Made by a program: the position numbers and the translations under genes. Shown in pieces: positions 38,762 to 50,275 of a stretch of DNA of 64,000 nt (positions are counted from its first letter, which is position 1; each line of letters opens with the position of its first letter). This stretch comes from Klebsormidium nitens (Eukaryota; Plantae; Klebsormidiophyceae), in NCBI GenBank assembly GCA_000708835.1, contig DF236955.1, positions 124,001-188,000 of the forward strand, written 5' to 3'. A model generated the notes under the pieces. The model saw nothing but the letters and a program-made list of their open reading frames with translations. It was not told the origin of the DNA and ran no database searches.

Positions 38762-39905
38762 GCTCCATGTAAGACCTTTCTTCTGGACACAGGGCAGGAA
38801 GGAGGTCCTGATCTGGCGCGAATTTGTCTGGTCGATCATCCCGTTGTGTCGTCGACTTCCGAATCAGTCCATATGTGTTGATATAATCAGGCCTTGTTAT
38901 TTTGCGAGTTATTTCATTAATTAAGTCGACAATCTGCAGGGATTGATACAATATGCATGGCGGAGTCATGCACCATCGTCGATCAATTCGAATAGGATGG
39001 CACGCCTTGCAACTCATGCAGGACGAAGTCAGGTTGTACGAGATGACTCCTTTCACGTGGACGATTAGCTGACTCATGAAGCCTGAGCCTAGTTGATCGC
39101 GCAGCTCCTTTACGAGGCATCATGCAGAATAGCTAGGTTCTCGATTCAATCATTTCACGATCTGGGATTCCCGTCGACACGTACGGTCATCGCATCAATC
39201 AATTGAAGCACTAGCTTTCAACATGCATGACCGGGGAAGGCACTGCCAATCCCATGCTACTTTATTGCGGCTGGCTGTCGGCTTACTTGAACACTCATGC
39301 AAGTGCAATCAACACCGAACAAGCATTGTACTAGGCTCAGCCTTTGAAGGTAAACAAAATTTGCCAGTCGTCACAGTGTTCGAAGCTGGTTGCAGCGGCT
39401 AGCGTGTCCGGCCAACCACTTTGATTCATGTACGGTAAACGAGCCGTGGCCAATTGCCAGCTCCGGCCCCTAGCTGGCTGCACTAGCTTCGTAGGAGAGT
39501 GATCCGATCAAGAATCATGACATCCGCAACGATGAATGATTGTGAACGGCGCGCGTATACCGTGCCGCGCGGCTGCACACGGTTCTGATTTCGACGGCCC
39601 GATTCTCTTCGTATGCAACTGTCCATAAACAGTTACTGAGCTAACGCAAGACAACCTTTCCTGTCTATCTTCGTACAATTTGCGATTCATTACGATTGCC
39701 TCGCTTGTTTGCTACCTACTCGAGTATCAGCAAAGCCTCCTCTTTGACTTTCTGGGTCTACAAGCAAGCGCAAGCATCGATCATAGATATAACGATAAGT
39801 GGGCTCACATCGCTTTGTCTTGAGCTGCTCTAAGGCAACAACCTCGATGCTCAGCCTCGGACTTTCCATGCAGCTTTGCAAACGTAAGGCAAAAGTACTT
39901 ACTTG

Positions 39906-41546
39906 TCACTGGGCCTCTCTAGCCTCAGTTCTCATCTTGTCTGCCTCAATCACCTCTAAAAACCAGATAGCTTCCCGGTTTGGCGCCTTGGTCAGGTCCA
40001 CCAGTTTATGGACCTGATCAAACACAAGGCACAGTCTTGCCAACTTTCAGGTATAGACAAAGTTGAGAGTGGTTGGTTAGATCACCATCCTTATGAAAAT
40101 TGATTGATCCAACCAACTGTTCATGTGCTTGCTGACTCAAATAGGCATGTGAACACCGTTAAGCAACCAAGACAGAGACAGCGCCTTGCTGTCTGCCAAG
40201 GGGCCTTGTATCTGATTTTAAGCGCTCTGGTGTCACAACTTCCAATTGTGGTATCATGATTGACAACGAGGCACTAGTTAACTAGGCTGGCCTCTTCAGA
40301 GTGAGGGCACACGGCCATGTCCCGCCTCAAAAGTGCCGTGAAACATGCTTCGTCGAAGTATATTGAGCAGATTGACGAAGTACCATTACCTTCAGAACCA
40401 CTCTTTATCCTCACTCACCTTTACATAGTGACCCCCATCGTCCTTGTCGGTGGTCAAGGGCCCAATTACCAGGATGTATGCCCCTACAGGCATCAAAGCG
40501 AAAGGCATACTGACTGTTAATTCGCTTCATCTGAGACAGACTTGACTTGAAAGGAGTCCAACCACCGAGCTTCTGCTATTCAGTCCCTCCATGCTCAAAG
40601 AAGGAAGTCTTGCGGTTGTTCTATTGGCACTACAGCTTGCCTCACATAATGCTAGCAACATTTGAAGGTGAGGGTGCGGGCTGGACTGCAATCTTTCGTC
40701 TTCTCCCAAGAGTATACAAGAAGCATAACACTGCAAAACATCCAAGCAAGTCAGCTTGCATCCAAGCCACTCATATTGTCATGAGGCATTTCTGGATCTG
40801 GCTTGCAAAAGCAGTAATACGGATGACAAATAGAGGTCTTTGTCATGAAGCATTTCAGTTTGGCTTGCGAAAGCTGTATCACGGTTGACAACTAGAGGAG
40901 GCCCCACCTGCCCGCAGTGTGTGCACGTTCCCCATCTTGGACATGTCCAGCTCGATGACCCCGGTGCCATCGTCAAGCGCCCCGATCTTTTCCCCCAGGT
41001 CTTCGTCAGAGGCCAAGAGAACACCCTGCGCTCAAGCATATGAAGCAGATTCAGGGTGCAGAATATGAAAAAAGCTGCAAGTGGTGTGGGAAATCCATAA
41101 GGTAAAGTAAGTAAAAGTAAAAGTATAGTAAAGTAAAACATGGCGATCAAATGCAAAGCTTTCTGATCGCCTTTGAGGATCTAAAACAGGCAGGTGGTGG
41201 TTGAACTTCTCTGAACACCTTGCTGGATGCTCTTTCGCAGGGCATGACATGTACACAAAGCTGAAGATCAGAATCGTGGCAAGACATTGAGAGGCCAATC
41301 CACTTGATTCCAAGCGGTTCAAAATGTCGAAGCGCCCTTGCCCCAGAGGGGTCTTGCCGATCATCATCACAAAGCATGACGCGTTCGAAGTACCTGTAGC
41401 CAGACTCTCTGGAAAGTGACTCCCCTGGCCCTGTATCGCTTCCACTTGGGTCCACCGTCATCGGTGTCCTCTGCCGCTTGCGGCACCACCTCTGTCTCTG
41501 CCAACTGGTCGACGAAGAACTTGGGCGCTGGCAGCGTGTAATCCAT
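39906..41546 (-). CDS. RMI2: RecQ-mediated genome instability protein 2 (OB fold); exons 41546-41394, 41025-40908, 40483-40419, 40013-39906; 147 aa
   Basis: 444 nt in phase. MDYTLPAPKFFVDQL...GVTFQRVWLQGVL...LDDGTGVIEL...GAYILVIG...YVKVHKLVDLTKAPNREAIWFLEVIEA matches plant RMI2 (FQRAWLQGVL, LDDGTG, VHKMVDLS..PDREAMWYLEV) as I recall it. Confidence 0.9.
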
Positions 41547-43048
41547 TGTAACCCTCGTGAATCAAATGTTTCAGCATCTCTACTGTGCAGGACTTTCTTT
41601 CAGCTTCTTGTGGGGCTTGTCCTTCCTGCTCTTGCTTTGAATAAACGTGGTCATTGATAAGCGCTTATTCAATTCAGCTCTATAACCATGACAGCTGAGA
41701 GTCGCGCCTTTTACTCAGCCAAGAGCCTTGAGCATTGCCGCGTGCAGATGGAGGATTAGGGCTCAATGGGTTTACAACTCTATGTGCAGCAGATGCGCTG
41801 CTATAGCATTGGTGCTAATGCGCTTCCCAACTCGCTCTTGCAGTCACGAGAAACCTGCTTCATTTTCAGCTGCACCACCATACAGGCCTGCTTTATCAGA
41901 AGCGAGGGCCCGTCCAGATTTGGAAACTGGAGCACTCAATCCTTCCTGTCCTGCCGCCGTCCTTTGCAGATAGTGAAATTGAAGAAAGTCACAGAAGAAG
42001 TGCATGCATTTGAGGAGACCTTAGGCTTTGGCAGGCCTTGTGCACGAGACGTTCAAGTCGAATTGGGCTTCCTATAGCGGGTGTGAAGAATGCATAATGC
42101 ACCGCCAAGCCAATGCTGCACAGTGCACAATGCACATGTATGCCGCTGTGAGGGTTTCAAATTCTAGGGAACGGTTGCGACTCGCGAGTCTGACACAGGG
42201 CTGAGGCCCAGGGCAGAGTCGACGTGTTCACACTGCTTCACAGCTGAAACAACAATCATGCTTAACATTGAAATACGGTCTTCGGTTACCGAGTCTCAAC
42301 CTCTACAGCTGTTATCTTTTTCTGCTCTTTAATCTTTACGTAAAACCTGACCCTCAATTTCAAATCGACAAATTTGATGCTTGCGCGCTCGTGTATTTTC
42401 TCTCGCAGGACACGGAGGCACGCACGGGACTTCAACACGGTTCTACACTGAAGCACACTGGAGTACCTTTTCCCCTCCACAAAAGGCGGGCCCAAGTTAA
42501 AAGCCAAGGGACCTCGGAGGGGTTTTTAACGGCTCCAGTGTAGTCATATAGACATTCTTCAATGTAGAATCGTGGTAGAAGTTGCCGTAGCGTTGCCTAT
42601 AAAGAACCTGAAATTTTAACGTACGGTAGTATAAGTGGCCTGATTAGTCATAGAATCGGCGTATACGCCTCTAGCTGCTTGCGGTAGTCCTATGCTCTTT
42701 TTGGGTCTGTAGGAGCATAGGATGTGAACCATTGACACAGACCCTCTCCGTACCGGTAAAACGGTCGGATTGTAAATACCTAACACCATCATGCAAACGT
42801 TAACTTGGTGACAGTGCTGTCCAACTTTGGCGGCCCCTCCGAGTTCTCTTGAAATTGAGCAGAACCTCGTGAGAAGTTTTATGGGCGCCTGTGAGCAGAG
42901 GGAGGAGCAAATTTATCAGTGCATCTGGAGTCAGGGAGGAACGAAGGAGGAGGGGAGTGCACGAAGTGGCACAAAGATCTGAATGGCCAAAGGAGCCTCC
43001 TGAAGTTTGAACTCAGTTGGTTGACGGCGGCGAGCTGCACTCCCCATC

Positions 43049-46000
43049 ATGGCTCAGATCAGGATGCACCTACAAGATCAACTCCGCTGCACAGGTGTCA
43101 GCGCTTGGTGGGATGCAACATGTGGGCCTGGTGCTGTGCCCAGCCAGAACCTGGCACGTCAACGTTGTCCCACTCTATTCACGCGAAAGCCTTTGTTGAA
43201 AGCTCAGGTGTCACACAATGGCATGCGCACACCTGCGCCGTCCTGTCCAAAATACAGGTCAAGTGGTCGCTTCCTGAAAGGATTGCCCCTCTCTGGGCGG
43301 TGCTTGGGGAACCTTCCTAGAAAGAAAAGTGCTAAAAGGACGAACACAACAGTCAGAGCAGCTCTTGCGGAGAGGCCGCCGAAACTTGAACGCAAGAGCG
43401 CAGAAGATGGGAAGGTGCCTTACAACTGGCAGACTGAATGGTATCCCGTGTACATTACGGAGCAGATGCCGAAGGATCGGCCGATGGCGTTCACCCTGTT
43501 TGACACCCCCCTGGTCCTCTTCTATGATGGCACAGGAAAGCTGAGCTGTGTGGAAGATAGGTGCCCCCACAGAGCAGCGAAGCTGTCAGAAGGGCAGGTG
43601 AGAGAATCAATTGCCGCAGGCTTGGAGTCCGTTCGTATGTTGCCCTGTCACCCATATTCTGTTATGCGGGAGAGGGATTGATCGCCGCGGGCTTTAGGTC
43701 CTTTTGATTGTTACCTTGTTTCTCTTATGCTCTTGTGATCATTAAAGAAAGCGTTCGGGGGTCTCAAGGAAGCTTTTGTAGCAAATCAGATACCTCAGAC
43801 GGCATTTGTACGGATTGCTTATCTTTGCACCGTGCCTTTCATAGGCCTAACTGCTTGAACGTTTCTTACCCTGATCTCACTCGAACGTGACAAACCAAGG
43901 AGAACTTCCTGCTTTATCATGGGTGCCCGACCCTCTAGTTTAGCAGAAGAAAGGTTCACTTCTGAAGCTCACATTGGAGGACGTTGACAATTTGTGCTTT
44001 TTGAAGAACCAGGTTGGATAACTCTTCCCCCTCATTGATCCAGATCATTGACGGGAAACTGGAGTGCCTCTACCATGGGTGGCAATTTGAGGGGGATGGC
44101 AGTTGTTCAAAGATCCCTCAGCTCACAGACGGGGCTGCCATCCCTCGGGCTGCCTGCGTGAGGACTTACACAGTCAGAGACCGGCAAGGTGATCAATCAA
44201 CTCAGGATTCAATTGTACTGCTTCGAATGCCTCTGTACTTATGTCAGAAGTAAAGGTGCTGCCCCTGGTGTCCAGGGGTCATGTGAAAAGTCAAGGGGAG
44301 GGGCGCTTGCAACTCAAATATGTCTGCTTCCAATCAGCAAGAAGCTGCTTCGTTAATTTATTGCCCGCTTGTCTTTTGTCGTCTGTCTATGCTTACTGTT
44401 TGTCTTGATCCAACTTGTGGGGATCTCCACTAACTGTAGTCAATTGTTATCTGCTTTAACGTGCTATGGCTTTTCAAGCTATACTTATATGACATGAACA
44501 CTTTTCATCTGGAGTCTTGTTGCTCTCGAAGTTGGGTACTGCTTGTTCTTTCAAAACCAAAAACTAATAATGTTCGTTCTTTCTCTAAAGCCCAACCAAT
44601 TGTCTCGCTAACGCCTGTGTTTCATCCTCCAACCAGGGGTGGTCTGGGTTTGGATGGGAAAGGAGTCAGAGGCGGACGAGTCAAAGCTGCCCTACTGGAA
44701 CGATCTCGACATGGAGGGCTTCAGAGTTGACTCGCACATCCATGACCTACCCTACGACAGCGGGATTCTGCTTGAAAACCTCATGGACCCCGCACACATC
44801 CCCATCTCTCACGACAAGTTAGCGCACCCCCAACCATATCCTCTCGTTTTCAATTCAAGCTTGGTGTGATAGTTTGCCGCAGCGTGTTTGCAAAAACGGC
44901 AAAAATGCAAGCACTTTAGGCATGTGTTTCTGCAGCTTAACAGCCGCGATACGGATTGTGATGTTTGTCTTTGTGTTGCAAACGCAACGCTTTTGTCTAA
45001 CATAATACATTTCGTAGCTGCAAAAGTTGCCAACACGACAGAAGCAATACATACTTTCAGGGATTTTATCATGAGTTGAGAGCCTTGTGTTTTCGCAATT
45101 AGAAACGACCCTGTTTCAAGGGATTGCTCTGCCTTGTGCGTTGTACTCACTCGGATTCCATTCTTGCAGGACGGACCCCAATGGCCGCCGAGAGGACGCG
45201 CAAGCGCTTTGGTTCGACGTGACAGAGCGGACCGATCGTGGATTTGCCGGCGGGTGGGTTTCACGGTTTCTTGTTGCTTAAGCGCCGAGTTTGGACGTCT
45301 TTTCAATTCATGCTCTTCCGCTGGGTCTTACACCACCGAGCCTTGACAAAAGACGAACTCGCCTTATTCCAGAAGGTACCCTGCTTAGAGTGGGCCACGA
45401 TGGTTGACACTGTCCAAGAGCGAGATTTTTCCAGTCTGCTTGACACTGGCGACTTACGTTTCGAGATACAAGCCGGATGCTTTGACTAGTTCACTCTTAT
45501 GTCTGCGGCGGATTCACGGACAGACCGGCGCTTCTTGAGGCCTTGCCCAGTCAAGCACGAATGCAGGTAGCATCAGCTCAAGGACTTCAGTGAACAGGCG
45601 TCTTTCAATTTCTGCTCGGAATGGGACCTGGAAGGCGGGGGTTCGTATCTCCAACGTCGCCTTGCGAATCTCCAGCGTGTTCGGGTCTTCCTTACCTCGT
45701 TGGCGCTTTTGGTACGAAATGGATTTGCGCCGAAGCGCCAAAGCATCGAGAGCCACACTGCAGCATTCCATCATTCGCGCGGACGATCGTTCAAGCTTAT
45801 TGCTCTGCGGCGAACCTTCCGGAGTCCATAACAATCCGTTCCGTTCCGTTTCGCTTTGCAGATTTGGGATGACCAAGCCCCGGGCGGACGGCACGGTGCC
45901 CGGGTTTACGGGCCGCTTCGTGGCCCCCTGCGTGTTCAACAGCCGGCGCGAGTGGGTGGATAAGAAAGGCAACAAGGTCGTCTCGCTCGCGCTCATTCTG

Positions 46001-49000
46001 TGCCCCCCGACCGGGCAGGGAAAGTCGCGCTTGATCATCCGGTGAGACAAAGAATTCTAATACGTTGGGATCGTTGGAAGTCACCTGAAAGGCTGCCCAC
46101 GTCATACTCTCAACAATTACGGTAATCTATCTGCACTTTGATGCGGGACGTTTACGCCATGCTATTTGATTTGAACATGCATGTTCACTGTAAGTACAGT
46201 CAGCCAATTCAAGTTCGCAGTGCGAAGTGAGTTAAATTCAAGGTGTTCAAATGCGGCCATCACGATAGTATTCAGCGGCCTCGACGTATGTCACCGAGGG
46301 TCGCAATTGTTGAAATCTTATAGACAGGTTTGCTGATGGATCCTGCATATGGCAGTACACCACAGGACTCTCGGGTTTCTTCGATCTCTTTGGTTTGGGA
46401 GAGGTTGTCGTAGTCGCGGGGTTGTATCAACTTCTTTAAGATGGAAGAAGCCCGTTGTTAGATGTGAACGCATAGGGTCGAGGATAGTCATCCCTGCAGC
46501 GAACTAAGTTTCAAAAGAAGGGCGATTTCGTGTTGGCAGAATCTGTGCTGATTGTGCCTTGTTCAGTGGCAATACTAACTATTGAGCAGTCCGGCACATC
46601 TTTGCGATCCGGCTTCTGCCATTCTCGTCTTCCGAAGAGGGTGACTTCTCCTGCTTGCTTGCCCAACCGTTGCTTAAAAGCCATCGCCTGACTCGCAAGG
46701 TAGAGCGCGCAAGAGCTATGCCCTCATTCTCAGATCTCTAGTTGCTGCTTCTTGGGCCATTCCTTGTTCTTTGCTACCTTAACTCATTTTTTCCGCCCCT
46801 GGTTTGCTCCCTTGACCCCTTTCCTGGCTCGCTTGGTTAATTCGGTTTCTCCGCCCCTGGCTTGCTTGCTTTGTCTCTTGTTGCGGCCGGACAACTTCAG
46901 GGAAGTTTGCCTTAGAATTCCCCTTCCATTTTCATCATCAATTGTGCATTATAGTTATTCCCCCCTGCTGTTTGCAGGTTTGGCAGCACGTTGAAAATGC
47001 CCCCCATCCCGAAGTTCTTCATCCACAGCATCGGGTGCAAGGTGTTCGAGCAGGACATGGGCCTGCTGTCGTCCCAGAACGAGCTTCTGGTCAAGGCTAA
47101 CCAGGGGGTCAAGGACTTGTACCTGCCGCTTAAGTCGTCGGACGGCTGGGTCATCGAGTACCGCAAGTGGCTCGACAAGGTGCGCGCAACTCCGGACACG
47201 TCACCGTTTCTAGACAGTTTAGCAGCTGAGCACATTTTTTTCAAACGTTTCAGAGAAAAGTCTGCAACCGATTATGGACAGGAGGTGCTGGTTCTGAGGA
47301 ACTCCTGTGAGCGTTGAATATCACGGGCTGGAAGGAAGCGTGTTATGTGCGCCGGTCCAGACGTCACGGGTCATTGCTCTTGTCGACCGGCGAGGACAAA
47401 GTCGACTGATGCCAATTTGGTGTGCTAGCGCGTCTGCTTCTCGGACTTGCACCGCTCGTTCGAGCTTGTTATCACGTTCTCCCTTCGCCCCACACGCAGC
47501 AACTCAACCGATTTAGGCTCACTACATCCGACGGTGGAAATCCGTGTTTTTAGGACGTTCTGTTATCTTTTCTCGTTGGTGGTTTATAGATCCTTAATTG
47601 TAGACATTCCGGGTTAATAAATCAATGGTTGTCAATCAGTAATTGATGATGTTTTGCTCTTGGGGGTAGACAGAGACCGTCTTGGCCGTTTTGATCAAAC
47701 GTGGTCGATCTCGTCTTACCTCACGTTTACGGCTTCCGCTCATCCCTTCTTCACTCGCCTCGAACTGGTGACGCGGACAGGGCCCAGTACACTGGCTTCG
47801 CTTTTTTCTCTCCGTGCAGCCCCGGTCATTTCCGCTCCCGTTTACCCTTTCGTTTAATGTTCTCACCGCCCCTTACCCGGCCGTGGTGGACCAAGCCCCA
47901 ATTGGTTTGCTCACTTTAACCTTCTCGTTTGCGCTAACCCTCCCCAGCCTACAGGTGGGTCACGGAGTGCCGTACTACACGGGCTACTCCACCTTCTCCC
48001 CGCCTCACTCCCCGGTCATAGAGGTCAAAGCGCCGGTCATTTCCGCTAATATTGAACTACTTTTCGTGGCCTAACCCTCTCTAACCCGCAGGTGGGTCAC
48101 GGGATGCCATACTACACGGGCTACTCCACCTTCTCCCCGCCCCAAGCCCCGGCTGTGGTGGACCAAGCCCCGGTTGTTAAATGCTCATCATTATCTATCT
48201 TCCNNNNNNNNNNNNNNNNNNNNNNNNNNNNNNNNNNNNNNNNNNNNNNNNNNNNNNNNNNNNNNNNNNNNNNNNNNNNNNNNNNNNNNNNNNNNNNNNN
48301 NNNNNNNNNNNNNNNNNNNNNNNNNNNNNNNNNNNNNNNNNNNNNNNNNNNNNNNNNNNNNNNNNNNNNNNNNNNNNNNNNNNNNNNNNNNNNNNNNNNN
48401 NNNNNNNNNNNNNNNNNNNNNNNNNNNNNNNNNNNNNNNNNNNNNNNNNNNNNNNNNNNNNNNNNNNNNNNNNNNNNNNNNNNNNNNNNNNNNNNNNNNN
48501 NNNNNNNNNNNNNNNNNNNNNNNNNNNNNNNNNNNNNNNNNNNNNNNNNNNNNNNNNNNNNNNNNNNNNNNNNNNNNNNNNNNNNNNNNNNNNNNNNNNN
48601 NNNNNNNNNNNNNNNNNNNNNNNNNNNNNNNNNNNNNNNNNNNNNNNNNNNNNNNNNNNNNNNNNNNNNNNNNNNNNNNNNNNNNTGTTAAATGCTCATC
48701 ATTATCTATCTTCCGTGACGCTAACCCTCCCTAACCCGCAGGTGGGTCACGGGATGCCGTACTACACGGGCTACTCCACCTTCTCCCCGCCTCGCGCCCC
48801 GGCCGTGGTGGACCAAGCCCCGGTTGGTTCGGTCGCCGCGATCGCCGCAAACAACCCCGCGTTCGGGTCGCTCGGCGCCCAGTACGCGCTCGACCCGACC
48901 AACCGGTACATCCGCCACGTGGTCCACTGCAAGGACTGTCGGAAGTCGCTGAAAACCGCGCAGACTCTGCGGAGCGCCGCGTTGGTGCTCGCGGCGATCT

Positions 49001-49149
49001 CGGGGTTAGCGGGGATCGCGGCCGCGCAGAAGAGCGCGCGCATTTGGGGCGCGGCGGGGGCGGGGGCGTGTTTGCTGGTTGCGTGGGGGGCCGCCAAGGT
49101 GGCGGAATTGCTGACGACTAACTTCGTGCGGGATCACCGCAAGCTTTGA
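43049..49149 (+). CDS. TIC55: TIC55 Rieske-type oxygenase (PAO family), chloroplast; exons 43049-43597, 44044-44188, 44637-44817, 45170-45253, 45862-46041, 46978-47179, 48742-49149; about 582 aa
   Basis: 1749 nt in phase. Rieske DRCPHR...CLYHGWQF; mononuclear-Fe ENLMDPAHIPISH; PTGQGKS; KVFEQDMG; VGHGMPY; C-terminal CKDC and TM helices ending NFVRDHRKL. Start codon uncertain. Confidence 0.93.
47860..48825 (+). repeat. Tandem repeat (about 137-139 bp unit) of intron end, 3' splice site and first ~84 nt of the last TIC55 exon
   Basis: Copies of cag|gtgggtcacgg(g/a)(a/g)tgcc(g/a)tactacacgggctactccaccttctccccgcc start at 47955, 48092 and 48742. A partial copy (ccggccgtggtggaccaagcccc) lies near 47876-47898. 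Confidence 0.9.
48204..48685. other. Assembly gap (482 N)
   Basis: Run of N. The same 29-mer tgttaaatgctcatcattatctatcttcc lies on both sides (48175-48203 and 48686-48714). Confidence 1.
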
Positions 49150-50275
49150 CTTGTGAGGGAGCGAGTTGGCGCGGCCGCAATTGGTGGGTTGGGTTCGTCC
49201 CGCGACTGGCGAGAGATCGGGATTGGCTTGACGGATTCTTTGTCGCCTAGACTGTGTATACTACTTACGGGATCACGGGTTTTGAGTGCTCTGTTTGTTA
49301 GCAGTATTCGCTTCATCATGTAGTGAATGTATCAAAGGGACGGCACGTCTGCTACATTCCTAGCATGATTCCGCAGCTGGTTGTGCTTCGGGTTTGCCGG
49401 GGGGCATACTACACCGCGACACTTTGGAAGAGCTTCATTGACTCTGGATACAGATTCTGGGCCCCTTTCGCGGTTTGAGTGCTACTGTGTGATAGTTAAC
49501 ATTTGTGTACAGTAGCCAGTAGAAAATCCAGCTGCTGATTGGTGGGATTGATATGAGCCTTGAGGACACGCACTGCACGCTATTGATTGGACGGGGAACG
49601 ATCATCTCCGAGAGGCTCTAGAGTGACTTACCTGTAGAAAGTCTGGTTGTGAAATCATTCCGGCAAAGATCGCATACCTTATTAGATTTTCTAGATGTAC
49701 AGGAATTGATAGGAACAGTTGGACAGTCCGCTTTTCAAAGCACTTTGCACAACTCATTCTGGCAAATTCATTGCTTGTCAATTGCTTGTACTTGCAAGTG
49801 AGTCGGCCGTCGAATGAGTGTTTGTGAGATTTCGTGACATGCCAGTCAAAAAATTATGATCTGCAATTTGCAACGGCCCTATACCTACGGTAACTCGCAT
49901 GTGTCAAGGCGCTAAAGAGGGTTTAGATATGTAGCTGCTCGTTATAGCACAATCGCTCTCGATTGTCCACTCAGTGCACGGGTGATCATACAGCATCCAC
50001 AGTAAGCACGCAGACCGCGGTACAGACTATAGCTAGGACCTTCACCTTTGGCATTCGAATGAGCTGTACAGGTAGAGCCGAGCTGATATACGGTTCTGCC
50101 ACGCTGCTGTGTTGAATGTGCACACATGATGGGCGACGCGACGCGCCATTTCGCCATTGAACATGCTCCCATGCTTGAATCCGGTGAATCTACATTTCGA
50201 TACTAGACCGCAGGTCAGGGCCAGAGGGTGGCCTCTGGACCGTCTTAAGCTGATGCATGATCGTCCTTTTGATAT

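Noticed and set aside
39083-39340. 11-bp inverted repeat (ctgagcctagt / actaggctcag) about 260 bp apart, MITE-like
   Set aside because: No target-site duplication and no second copy. Several such matches are expected by chance in 64 kb.
40527-40745. Possible extra RMI2 exon or Cys-rich transposase fragment
   Set aside because: RMI2 exons 2 and 3 join directly in phase and match the family without it. The apparent CTHC motif is out of frame.
42658-42722. 12-bp palindrome ggcgtatacgcc followed by ctag, and a 10-bp hairpin (tcctatgctc / gagcatagga)
   Set aside because: Spacing does not fit a Helitron 3' end, there is no associated transposase, and the stems are near chance expectation.
47713-48825. 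Repeat-spacer-like pattern resembling a CRISPR array
   Set aside because: The units are copies of an intron/exon junction with non-unique spacers, the context is eukaryotic, and there are no cas genes.
48092-49149. ORFs of 186-322 aa crossing the N run
   Set aside because: Artefacts of translating Ns.
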